DNA of 64,000 nt from Haliotis rufescens. Taxonomy: Eukaryota. Positions 12,490 through 24,740 of the stretch are shown here, one piece after another. Made by a program: the position numbers and the translations under genes. The notes under the pieces were generated by a model, which was given only the letters and a program-made list of their open reading frames with translations, made no database searches and was not told the origin of the DNA. The stretch is taken from the NCBI RefSeq assembly GCF_023055435.1, contig NW_025963813.1, positions 20,770,001-20,834,000 of the forward strand, read 5' to 3'. Numbering within the stretch: position 1 is the stretch's first letter; each line of letters starts with the position of its first letter.

Positions 12490-12815
12490 CAGTAATATCA
12501 TTGTCACACCGACACACACGTGTATATAATAGTGATATCATTGTGTCACACACAAGTGCCTTGTATATCCGCGATATTGTTCTACACACACGTTCCATGT
12601 ATATCCGTGATATCATTGTGTCACACACACGTGCCTTTTATATCCGTGATATCACTGTGTCACGGACATTTTGTGCCAGGTATATCCGTGATATCTTTGT
12701 GTCACACACGTGCCTTCAATATCCGTGATATCACTGTGTCAGGGACATTTTGTGCCACGTATATCCGTGATATCTTTGTGTCACACACACGTGCCTTGAT
12801 TATCCGCGATATCTG
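12490..12815 (+). repeat. 36-42 bp degenerate minisatellite, about 8 units, in the predicted HES 3' UTR; consensus TATCCGTGATATCWYTGTGTCACACACACGTGCCTT
   Basis: TATCCG recurs at 12566, 12602, 12641, 12683, 12720, 12762, 12801; two alternating unit types. Confidence 0.9.
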
Positions 12816-12972
12816 TCACTTCCACAAATTCACGTGCTTCGTAAATATTGGTGACGTCACTTTTTCCACTTACCCACGTGTCTGCCGCCAGAGGGGGTTG
12901 GTTGGCTGTTGACTTTATGGAAAGGGAATATTCCAAGTGCTCTCTGAGTGTAAGCTCAGATAATTGTGTCAA

Positions 12973-13008
12973 ATTAAACCACCATTTGAAATGCATCTGT
13001 GTTGTTGT
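12973..13008 (+). terminator. Probable HES polyadenylation signal and downstream GU-rich element
   Basis: ATTAAA 12973-12978, CA at 12994-12995, TGTGTTGTTGT 12998-13008. I saw no AATAAA between the stop codon and here. Confidence 0.55.
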
Positions 13009-13335
13009 CCTCTGTATAGACAAGTGTGTGAGAAGTCGGTGCTGCACCAGTCACGCACCGGTCCTGTCTCTTCACACCAGGTAATCGCAGTACTAAGATG
13101 TAAATTCGTAAGTTGGTGCGTTAACGAAACTCGAAGAATAACGAATACATCATGAACACAAGGCAGTATTGCTTTACTATACACAGTATATGAGATAGAA
13201 GAGAGTAATTGTTATATTATGTCTGCGTAATACACCACATGTAAGGATAATGCAGATCAGTTAAAGTGATGCTTGTATATATAAGTGTTTAACAAGTATA
13301 CATCGCAAAGACCTGACTGGAATATGTCAAGGGGT

Positions 13336-14420
13336 GTCGGGCCTCAGTTAGCAGTATTATAGCGAATGACACAGTCGCTACAACACTGCTACCTGTCGCC
13401 TGAACCACACTAGCCTCGGGCCACAGTAAGCCGTGTTGTAGTGAGTGACACTTGCGTCAGGCCTCAGTTAGCAGTATTGTAATGAGTGACACTAGCGTCA
13501 GGCCTCAGTTACCAGTATTGTAGTGAGTGACACTAGCGTCAGGCCTCAGTTAGCAGTATTGTAGTGAGTGACACTAGCGTCGGGCCACAGTTAGCAGTAT
13601 TGTAGCGAGTGACACTAGCGTCGGGCCTCAGTTAGAAGTATTGTAGCGAGTGACACTAGCGTCGGGCCTCAGCAGTATTGTAGCGAGTGACACTAGCCTC
13701 GGGCCTCAGTTAGCAGTATTGTAGTGAGTGACACTAGCGTCGGGCTACAGTGAGCAGTGTTGTACTGAGTGACACTAGCGTCAGGCCTCAGTTACCAGTA
13801 TTGTAGTGAGTGACACTAGCGTCAGGCCTCAGTTAGCAGTATTGTAGTGAGTGACACTAGCGTCGGGCCTCAGTTAGAAGTATTGTAGCGAGTGACACTA
13901 GCGTCAGGCCTCAGCAGTATTGTAGCGAGTGACACTAGCCTCGGGCCTCAGTTAGCAGTATTGTAGTGAGTGACACTAGCGTCGGGCTACAGTGAGCAGT
14001 GTTGTACTGAGTGACACTAGCGTCAGGCCTCAGTTAGCAGTGTTGTAGTTAGTGACACTAGCGTCGGGCCTCAGTTAGAAGTATTGTAGTGAGTGACACT
14101 AGCGTCAGGCCTCAGTTAGCAGTATTGTAGCGAGTGACACTAGCGTCGGGCCACAGTGAGCAGTGTTGTACTGAGTGACACTAGCGGCAGGCCTCAGTTA
14201 GCAGTGTTGTAGTGAGTGACACTTGCGTCGGGCCTCAGTTAGCAGTATTGTAGCGAGTGACACTAGCGTCAGGCCTCAGTTAGCAGTATTGTAGCGAGTG
14301 ACACTAGCGTCGGGCCACAGTGAGCAGTATTGTAGCGAGTGACACTAGCGTCAGGCCTCAGTTAGCAGTATTGTAGCGTGTGACACCAGCGTCGGGCCTC
14401 AGTTAGCTGTATTGTAGTGA
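13336..14420. repeat. 41-bp minisatellite, about 26 copies, GACACTAGCGTCGGGCCTCAGTTAGCAGTATTGTAGTGAGT
   Basis: GACACTAGCG at 13570 and 13611, continuing at the same period. Confidence 0.95.
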
Positions 14421-14741
14421 TGCAGTTAGCAGCGATGGCGTCAGCTTAAATTACAATTATCCACAGTATTGTCAAGGTGCTTAGTTCCCCAACTGTGTTG
14501 TCGTGTCTACAGTGTGGTCATGTTACGTTCCCTGAGGCGCCGTGACTGCAAGATGTCGTCATGGTATCTGATTCACTCTCGCTATTATACGCGCTCCTGT
14601 ATCAGAATAACGTGTTTGAAGGGTGTTCCTGAAATACATGTATGTTTATTTGATGTCCATTGCCTTCACATACAAGTTTCATAATATTATTTGATAATCT
14701 GTGTTGGCCTAATTTAACTACCTTTAAACGTCGCCCATCAT

Positions 14742-15408
14742 CCAAGTAACACAGAACCCTGACTTCCTCACACCTTGTGGTCACCGGAGCCGGCCACGTC
14801 ACCAAGTAACACAGAACCCTGACTTCCTCACACCTTGTGGTCACCGAAGCCGGCCACGTCACCAAGTAACACAGAACCCTGACTTCCTCACACCTTGTGG
14901 TCACCGAAGCCGGCCACGTCACCAAGTAACACAGAACCCTGACTTCCTCACACCTTGTGGTCACCGAAGCCGGCCACGTCACCAAGTAACACAGAACCCT
15001 GACTTCCTCACACCTTGTGGTCACCGAAGCCGGCCACGTCACCAAGTAACACAGAACCCTGACTTCCTCACACCTTGTGGTCACCGAAGCCGGCCACGTC
15101 ACCAAGTAACACAGAACCCTGACTTCCTCACACCTTGTGGTCACCGAAGCCGGCCACGTCACCAAGTAACACAGAACCCTGACTTCCTCACACCTTGTGG
15201 TCACCGAAGCCGGCCACGTCACCAAGTAACACAGAACCCTGACTTCCTCACACCTTGTGGTCACCGAAGCCGGCCACGTCACCAAGTAACACAGAACCCT
15301 GACTTCCTCACACCTTGTGGTTACCGAAGCCGGCCACGTCACCAAGTAACACAGAACCCTGACTTCCTCACACCTTGTGGTCACCGAAGCCGGCCACGTC
15401 ACCAAGTA
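14742..15408. repeat. Near-perfect 60-bp tandem repeat, 11 copies
   Basis: Successive 60-nt lines are identical except for two single substitutions (about 14787 and 15322). Confidence 0.98.
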
Positions 15409-16155
15409 GGAGTGTGTGGTGGTGAGGCAGGCATCAACACCCACTCTCCATGATTAATTCCTAAATAATGCACAACAGATTTCTTTGGGTAATTTTGACA
15501 GAATGGGGGAAAAGTAAGCGAAAAGTCAGTTAAACATGCTAGAAAAAGTTCTAAACAGTGTGTTTTGTAGAAGGGTGGCAGATGTTATAAACTCGGTTAG
15601 CTTGGGTATGTTGTTTACTTGGCGTGGTGTAATAGCTGCGAAGGGAGGGATGGGTTTTATTTACTAGACACAGTGAATTAAGAGCTGTGGAGCTTTGGGA
15701 TTATATACCCCGATCATCCATTACTCAAACTCCCTATAACACGAACAGTGGACTATTTCACCTACTTCTGTGGACCCAACCAAGCATAACAAATGACCTA
15801 ATTACCACCAGTTGTCTAAATACTAGACTCAGTGCCCGGACATCTGTAAGTTAGATGTAGAACTAGAAAATTATTTTATTAACGTGTCACGCATTGTAAC
15901 ATGCATGTATGACAACAACAAAATATTCATAAAAAGCAAACAATGTCAGGGTTTATGGCCTATGAGACTCAACACAACATCTATACAAATACGGATAAAA
16001 AACAAGTTTCATATATAGATCAAACTATAGATTCATGTGTTTTAACTTTACTTAGGAAAAGGTGAAGTTATAGAGTAAGTTTTTGTTTTCGTCGTCGAGA
16101 CATTCGATATAACAATGCGGCAAGGGGTTTAATAGACCAATCGTTCCACATTAAG

Positions 16156-16281
16156 TGAGTGAGTGAGTATGGTTTTACGCCGCTTTTAGCAATATTCCAG
16201 AAATATCACGGCGGGGGACACCAGAAATGGGCTTCACACATTGTACCCATGTCGGGAATCGAACCCGGGTCTTCGGCGTGA
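16156..16281 (-). mobile_element. tRNA-derived SINE (family B), 5'-truncated, with 13-bp target-site duplication
   Basis: Minus strand reads ...GACCCGGGTTCGATTCCC (Pol III B box)...CTGGAATATTGCTAAAAGCGGCGTAAAACCAT(ACTC)n; flanked by GTTCCACATTAAG at 16143-16155 and 16282-16294. Confidence 0.88.
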
Positions 16282-19200
16282 GTTCCACATTAAGAGCACA
16301 TCTGCAAATATGTAGGGTAATGTTGCAAAGGTCTTAGCTGAGCTCTGAGTAGAAACTACAGCCAGCTGGAGTTTGTGCTTCTCTTCCACAACGTTCCTGT
16401 TACTAAATTTACATGTTCTGTCTTGAAGTGGATTTTTGGGCGAGTAAATCTACCTTACACATATAGTTCTATTTGCAAAGACAGAGTGCTACAGTGAAAC
16501 TTGCCCATAATGCTACACTGAGATCTCAAACAAAACGAAAATATGATTCAACAGTTACTGCTGTGATTTAAATAATCTTCATGTACGTAATATATTACCT
16601 TTTGCTTGGCCATTACCATGTAAAGACCAGTAAACCAGCCATGGCCATCTAAAGAAAAAAAAGCGTTTTTAGCAAGATGAAAATCTGAACAAGAAACATC
16701 GTACAAATCAAACACTGGTAACTGAAGACTGTTTAGCAAGGCAAACACTTTGTTATTCACGGATATACGGATATTAACGGACTATCTGCAAATAGCGCTT
16801 AGCATTCGTGATTGATCGGCAGCATAAAGCCTGTGACAAAACCGTGCTATTTCAGTTCTGCGTCTGGTTACTGAAGGTCCCCACCAGCCGCCCATTCACC
16901 ACGAACACCTTAGTTTGGGGTTGTACTGCCGACTGCTGAGACAAACCTTCGTGCTCGGCTCTGGCCAGCATCCATACAGCTGACTTCCCTTGTACCCCAG
17001 ATAGCTGACCCATCATATAAGATAGGTTGCACTAGATTATCATACAAAGAATTGTATAAGTTATAAGCCAAGCCACCAACTGATTTATATTTACATATTA
17101 AAACACCAAGCGCTAACTGCAGATTTAGCCATTTCTTGACCGGTGAAAGTCATATCGAGCTTTTCATTGACCAGACAGCCAAATATTTATAAGCGTGAGT
17201 ACTTTCAACCAATACCATAGTAAGTTAAGATATATTAACTGTAGAAGGGCAAAAAATATACAACCTTATTTTTCTTAATATTGACAAGTAGACACCACTG
17301 TGAAAACCAGCGGGCTACACTATCTAATATTGGCTTTAAAGAGTTTCATAGCGCAGTAAGAGCGATATCATCAGCATACATGACAATGCTGAACATGTCA
17401 TCATCGAAGTACCACCGTTTAAGTTATTAACCTCAGTTATTAGATCTAAATCATTAATAAACACTGAAAAGAGAGTCGGCGACAAAACACCACCTTCTTT
17501 AACACCAGAATACACAGGTATGTTTTGTATTTACTGTTCATATATTTGTAGTTTGTAGAATATTGCCAATGGTTCACAATCGAATGTTACGCAATAAATA
17601 TCTTATCTTATTTTACTGGGAAACGAAGATAAGACATTCTGCATTCTTCTGCATGTGCTCACTGTCATTTTAGCTACCAGTGTTTTCATCTTGTTCATTT
17701 GCGTAAGACAACTTCCACTAGTTAAGTACTGCATGGGTCCGGGAGTCGGCAGGGGGACAGGCGAGTGTCAGCGTGTTGTAACGGATCTTCTCTGGCGCGT
17801 GGTTACCATGGGAGGCAATTGTTTCCGAACATGGAATCCCATTCCATCTACTCGAAACTGTTCAACAGCAGCTTAACGAGGAACGCGTTTGTAGGATGAC
17901 TACCTAGAATCCTCATCTAATCAAAGTCATTGTCATCTTAGTGGCAATATAATTCACTCTCTATGATGTATTTACGAGGTTCTGTTTTTACCCTTTGAAA
18001 TCTCCGTTTATGGAGGTCGTATATACATATCTCTCCACACACAGGTGTGATGGCGGCGAGACTGTGGCGTGGTGCTGGCTACTGACAATCACCATAGCAG
18101 TGTTATGTGACACCCTGTAGATTGCATGCCAAGTATGTGCGTCGCGTATTTCAAACCCTCAGATTATAGCTTTACGAGGAAGACATCACCCTTGTGATAA
18201 AGTTATCAAAGATATTTTATCCGTTAATAAAGTACAATTATTTTCACAGCTTGGTATCAATTCGAATTTTATTCCACTTCCCTTCTATGAAAGGTAAATT
18301 TAGTAGGTGCCGACGCCCTTAGAACAGGTCACATCAGCGGCAACGAATATAGTTTGTGACTAGTAGTCGCCCGACACACGACTCGCGCCGTTGTCAGCAC
18401 CAACACTTCACACAGTTGTGCCTAAGCCACATTGACTGGATGTCCACAACTTTTTTTAATTGTGACACTATAAGCAAATATTCTTATTCTTCCTCCTTTT
18501 TTGACAAAATCCCGAGTGTATATCCGCCTATGAATCAATTTGAGAGCGATGTATTAAGTGTACATCTCTGTAGTGGATCTGTCTGTTACCACGCAGTCGT
18601 CTCTCCGTAATTAGTGATTGCCCTATGAAAAGTACAAACGCCGTCCATGTCATACACCCATACAAACGTGTCAAGATACGAGCAGATTTCTCCACGCCAT
18701 GCAGTCTCACCCATAATAACGTCATGTTAAGTGCATGCGGTTTACATATCGACTCATTTACTCAATGTCAACACTGGGCAGGTTAAGCGTGTTTGTTGTT
18801 TGTTTATGTTTTAACATTGCTAAATGGCCAACCCTTCACATTTGCCTGGAGGTAAGAATATTTATGATATATTTTATAGTGATACAGATCTTCCAAAAAA
18901 TAAGTAACTAAGTATCACCTGTATCATCCACATATTAAGTTCTTCTCAAATAATTATACTGTATCGTTTAGTATTATGTGTTATACACACACTAAAAACT
19001 TATTGCCCAGATTAAAACAGGAAACGCCAAAATATGCTTCTTCGCAGGAGTGTGGCATGCAGCAAAGACAGGCTGACGTAGTGTTTATTCAATATTACCG
19101 CATTCTTATTTACTGGATGCCTTTGTTCAGTCAGCAGCAGCAGAGTGGCGAACGACCTAACTGTACCTGACAGGTACAGCAACATTTCACTTCAAGCCGT

Positions 19201-19524
19201 TGACAAGAGAATATTATGTTCATGTAATTGATCTCTTCATAAAGGGGAGAGTAAACGAGTGAAGCGTAATATATATAGTCCTCGCCACTTGAAATATAAT
19301 TACGAAATATTGCGACTATTAATTAACACAGATAACTGCATCTGCTCTAATACTTATAATATGGAACCAAGCCATTTCGGCGATAAGAAATATTACTTAC
19401 CATTTTTAAAAAAACCTTGCAAAGTGCGCTTTTCAAGAACTATCCATTTTATTAGCGATAAACATCATCATTGAGTTTTGACCACGTGGGTACAATCGGG
19501 GTATTCCATATTATATGGATATTT

Positions 19525-19642
19525 CTAGCCTTGGTCCAAGGCTGTAGTGGATGGAAAGTCCACGGGTGTGCGCCAGTCTCTTATAGGGACAACTTAATAT
19601 TTAGATAATCTAGAAATTATGATTTAAACTAATAACTATTGC
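19525..19642 (+). repeat. Unclassified dispersed repeat fragment, copy 1
   Basis: Shares CTAGCCTTG-TCCAAGG, an exact CCAGTCTCTTATAGGGACAA and an exact TTATGATTTAAACTAATAA with 57840-58005. Confidence 0.75.
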
Positions 19643-21473
19643 TTTATATAAGATCAGTTTCTCAATACCTGGTCCCCAATCAAGTCTAGACTTACATCTA
19701 GTCTCTGAAATGAACATGTTTAACGGATAAAAACAGTTGTTAAATTAGTGTTATGCTAACAACAACGCCGTCGCCTAAAAATAATTTATTCCGAAAAGAT
19801 CGCCACAGGAACCAGTTATAATAAACTTGACACAAAGCACACATTTCTGTTTATATACTTTAAAAAAGTAGATACTTTAAAAACTGCATATTTACGAGAC
19901 ATTTAGATTTATCAGAATATGCGAAAACTGTCGGAGATAATAAAATAATAGCCCACTCGAAAACACAGTTATCTGTTTCTTCTTGTTAAAAACCGCTTCA
20001 CGTCTCATGTCGTGTTTGACATCCTTTTTTTATAACCGAGAAAAAAATAAAAATAAAACCTATCTCGGGCCAATTCATTATACTTGTGATGGCGTCACTT
20101 GCGGGCGTTAGCTATTCTGTCATTGAAGATTGAAATGTACAAGAAGCGACCAAAGGACAGTACTGCAGAACACGTTTATTAATTGTCTTTGCAAAGCACG
20201 TGACACTCATGTGACATAACCTCCCCCGCTGCCTGTGTCTAAACCAGAGTGATTTACAACGTGCCTGTCAAAAAGAAATCAGAAATATGACGGAACTCGT
20301 TGTTGGGAGTGTTTTCAACAGACTACCGAGAGTTTTAAATGATCATGACTGACAATTACAGACAATAAAACAAGAATAATTATTGACAAGTGTAGATACT
20401 GTCACGCTCGACTGGTGGCTGATGTCGCCTATTGCTCCGTTAGTCTCGTGGCTTGAGACATTTCCTCGTGTCGGTGATCGATTGCTGACACTGACATCCC
20501 ATTGGTCGCTGTTTAACTCCATACAAACCAATGTTTTTTTTAGTAAAGCTATTGTCATCACTTATAGTCTATACAACTTCCGCATTAAATGTTGGAGAAC
20601 GTTCATGTGTCATATCACAACTATATTTAGTGCAACCAATCAACGATCCTAACAGAGCATAATTAGTTACTGACTTTCTGAAATGTCCGTTTTTGTCTAA
20701 CGTTAAATGATGAATGGTACCGCGTGTTGGCAATAAGGAAGTGTCCCTCGTCATAATGAGCGGTATCTTCAACTATTGATGAATTTGCGCCGTTCTGCAG
20801 CCACTGTGTCTGTGGTCTACACGGTTGGTGAGATACTGCCACCTAATCGGCTCACAAACCTGCTAACTTAATCAGCTTGTAGACGCACTTAAATATGATA
20901 CTCCGTTCAACTGTCACCTATAATTGACTCACAAGTTGCCATGCCCGTGATGGTCGAAGTAAAGTGGAGTCGATTATACACAATGTCAGTGACTACATTG
21001 ACGCGTCTCCTTTTTACTTATTTCCGTGGGTAAGTTTGGGAAAGACAGATATATGAATACTGCATGTGATCGTAGGACAGATAATTATAGATTCAAGCTG
21101 CTAGATATAAATATATTTAAGGTATCACATATCGCTCGAAATATACAATCATGTATAACCAACCTACAGATGTTCGAACTAAATGTTTTGTTGTAATAAG
21201 TTATAACATCACACGAAAGTATATTACAGTTTTAAAAAGGAAAAAACTGCAATGTCTACTTAAACCTGTCGGTCAACATGTTTACATTGGTGCGCAAGTA
21301 CTTCCTGAGAAGGAAAATGTAACTTATGCTGGATTGTTTTTAAACCCACCAAAGAAAACCTCAGAACGTACTAATTTAATACGTGAATGTTGAAACTCAG
21401 AATGTTAGTCAATGTAAATAATAATCATAGTCTATATTTTGGTGGTTTAAATCCCATCCCAGCTGTTCTTATA

Positions 21474-22899
21474 CTCAACAACAAAAGTTCCTGTGACACC
21501 AATATTTTAGTGTATTTTTCAAACAAGTATAGTTTGGTTTTCAATATTGTAGTACATGAATGGAATCATGCCACAAAAACGCAAAGTTCTGCTACAGAAA
21601 AGCATGCATTCCATGCAAAAGTTGACTTTTATGCAAGTCCCATGCATTTCACTACCCAAGAATGGGTATAAAAAAATGTGCGTTAATGGGATTTCGTTAT
21701 GCATTGTTTAGCATCGTGCTGACAGCAACCACTCTGAAAAACAACAAAACTACGCAATTAATACAACATTACGGAATGCCACGCCTGTCCGAAAATGAGC
21801 GTCTGCGAGCCATTGGTATGCTTAAAGCAGGATCGAGTCAACGTGATGTTGCAAGACAATTTAACGTCCACAGAAACACCATTTGGTGTTAATGGCAACT
21901 TTGGCAACAGACTAATGCAGTCAGAGACCATCCGCGGAGTGGAAGGCCACGCGTAACCAATAATCGACAAGATAACTGGATTCGAACAACACACCTACGA
22001 AATCGATTCCAGCTAGCAACAGTGACTGCAAGAAGCATCCCTGGCCTTCGACGAAAACCTTACGTCGTCGCCTCAGATGTGCAGGGATTGTTGCTAGAAG
22101 ACCCGCCAGACGTCCCATTTTGACTGGAAATCACCGTCAAGCAAGTCTACAGTGGTGCAGACAGCGTCTACGCTGGACGGCCATGCAGTGGGGACAAGTT
22201 CTATTCACTGACGAGTCTCGGTTTCACCTCAGCCACAACGATGGACGGATTCGAGTGTACCGACGTCGAGGTGAACGTTACGTCAATCATTGTTTCATGG
22301 AATAAGATTGGTTCGGGGGCGGCAGCGTTATGGTATGGGGTGGGATTACATCAAGACAGAGGACCCGTTTGATAGTGGTAGAGGGAAATCTCAATGGACA
22401 GCGCTACCGCGACGAGATCATCGACCCTGTTGTTCTACCGTTTTCGCGTCTTCATGGCCCAGGCATTACCTTTCAACATGATTACGCCCGGCCTCATATT
22501 GCTCGACTTGTTCAGGATTTCCTTCAACAAAACAACGTGAATGTCAACCACGTGTTCCACAGACACTCCAGGAACTTCGAAACATGCTCCAGCAGATATG
22601 GACGGATATCCCAAGGGACTTTATGCGACACCTGGTCCATTCCATGAGACAAAGATGTGTTGCTTGCATCGCAACCAGAGGTGGACACACACGCTACTGA
22701 TTTGTAAATTGACATTTTGGCATGTTCATGGTTTTTTTTATGAAATCATGCTTTTTCTGAAGTCAGTATGGCAAATTAAACTATTTGAACACTTACAGGA
22801 GTCTTTTATCTGTTGCAAACCGAAATTGTTTCAGATTTGGTAAAAAACATAACTTTGCATTAAATCTTATTCAATGTCACAGGAACTTTGGTTGTTCAG
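21474..22899 (+). mobile_element. Tc1/mariner DNA transposon, Tc1-like, defective
   Basis: 25-bp TIRs CTCAACAACAAAAGTTCCTGTGACA (21474-21498) and TGTCACAGGAACTTTGGTTGTTCAG (22875-22899), 2 mismatches, flanked by TA on both sides; transposase remnants inside. Confidence 0.93.
21776..22700 (+). pseudogene. Tc1-type transposase pseudogene
   Basis: MPRLSENERLRAIGML...VARQFNVHRNTI (HTH), RSGRPR, WGQVLFTDESRF, VMVWGGI, FQHDYARPH, GGHTRY*. Interrupted by stops (21890, 22303), frameshifts and deletions. Confidence 0.92.
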
Positions 22900-24627
22900 T
22901 ATATATGGGAAAGGGTAACATTACTATGTGGATTATTTGCTTATGAATTATGGTGTAAACTGTCATCAAAGGAATACGAAATGTTTCAAATTATTCAACG
23001 TCATTATTCAAGGATTGTCCAGACGCACTCCTTCCGCCGTTACCAGAGACTGTCTTGGTTTAATTTCTCTCCAGGCGTACATTGGAAGACTATGTGATCG
23101 TGACATTAACTTTGTATTTAAAAGACTATGACAGCACAGACTCGATACAATTAGAAAAAGACGATGAATGTAAAATGTCACCCGTGTTCCACATGCTGTC
23201 ACAAGTAAACAAGTATGAACTTATGAATGATATAAACACCTATACCACCTCTTCTCATTTCCCCACCAAACATGCATGTGCATGTCTTATCTCCACTGTC
23301 ACGAAGGAGAGACGGTCACATACTCGTGTATTAGCGCCATGTTTTCACATTCCACTAACCACGATCAGATCAATTTTCCCCTATAGTTGTTAATGAAACC
23401 AGTTAAAATGTCGCATTTTAGAAAAAGAGATTAACGGATCATGTAGTTTCTGTTTCTCACGTTAAACCCAATTTCACCCCACCTCTCAAAACAACACAAT
23501 GCGTCAGGATAGGTTTGTGTTTCTGATACTAAATCTTAATGTGAATGTAATAAACAGCTCTTTTGCGTGATAGATGACGCTGTCAGCCATGTTGACATCG
23601 GAAATAACGACGAACACACACCTGTGTAGGCCTACACCAGCCACCGTGTTACTGGGTCAACGGACATACACAAATAGCTTAATATGCCACATGAGTGAAG
23701 ACCGCTTCTAGATGTGTATGACCGTGTAAATGACAAACAATGAAATAGAAAAGGCTGGTCAGCATCTTATCTCAGACAGGACAAATAAAAACTGTTGAAC
23801 TTTATCCTGGATGCTATTTACCTGGTGGTGATGTTATATTATGTTTAATAATAAATCACTAGACTCCTTAGCTCACGCTGGATTGATAACCCTCAACTAA
23901 ACGTATCTGCCATGCTAAAACAGTCTTTCATTTCGTTGTATATTGTGTACATGGCTGGTTGGAGTGGTTGACGTTTACGTGTTGATGCTGCTGCTGCTGC
24001 TGCTGCAAAGTTCTAATGTAGTTAGTATATAGATAAATAAGTTAAATACGTATATTAACTGTAACAATATAATGTAGGCCCTGCCACAAAACTAAGCACA
24101 CCATTGCATGACCTTCAAATCTCCGAATTGTTAAACAAAATGTTGAGGCATTGCTTTGTACAGCCTCGGGGGTCTGAGGGTCAATTATCCAGTTAACCCT
24201 AAACGCCAAATACACGTGTCGCTGTGTTAAGGGCTTAGTTAGCATGAAAGCAACGACTAGTTACTGTGGCCTCTGATTAGCCAGCTTAATTCCCTGTAAT
24301 AAACGTTTTGCACCTCTGATTTGCCCCCACGGTACTGCACGATGTTATCACGTTGTCTGACGAAAGAAGATAATTAACATGGCTAGTTTAACTTTGATCT
24401 GAGCGACACAATATGGATACGGGGATGATTTCACCTGATAGTAGGCGCCCCCTGGCGGTGAGGTCCGCCCTGATCACCAGCGGCTGTAATCAGCGCCTCA
24501 TTAAACTCGGAGATGAACCTTCCTTGCTTCATACTGGAGTTGCCACCAACTGATGAATATGATAACCAGACATGTCCAACCATTGATGTATTCTTGTTGT
24601 ACAACACACACAGACTCATCTGCACAT

Positions 24628-24740
24628 CAGGGTCTACTAGCACAAAGCGATCTTAGCTCTGTGACTATCGTAAGCCTATGTTAAAGTATGGGAGTTACGA
24701 TAATCTAAGCGCTAAGATCGTTTTGTTCAAGTGGACACTG
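24628..24740. mobile_element. About 110-bp foldback/MITE-like palindrome
   Basis: Left arm CAGGGTCTACTAGCACAAAGCGATCTTAGC...TATCGTAA is the reverse complement, with mismatches, of TTACGATA...GCTAAGATCGTTTTGTTCAAGTGGACACTG. Confidence 0.7.

Noticed and set aside
12531-12772. K-box-like GTGATA repeated in the HES 3' UTR
   Set aside because: The sites read CGTGATA or AGTGATA, not TGTGAT, so they mismatch the miR-2-family seed at position 7.
14742-15408. CRISPR-like appearance of the regular arrays
   Set aside because: Units are contiguous with no unique spacers, there are no cas genes, and the context is an intron-containing eukaryotic locus.
16250-16281. tRNA gene suggested by GGTTCGATTCCC on the minus strand
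   Set aside because: No A box or cloverleaf; it lies inside a target-site-duplicated SINE with an (ACTC)n tail.
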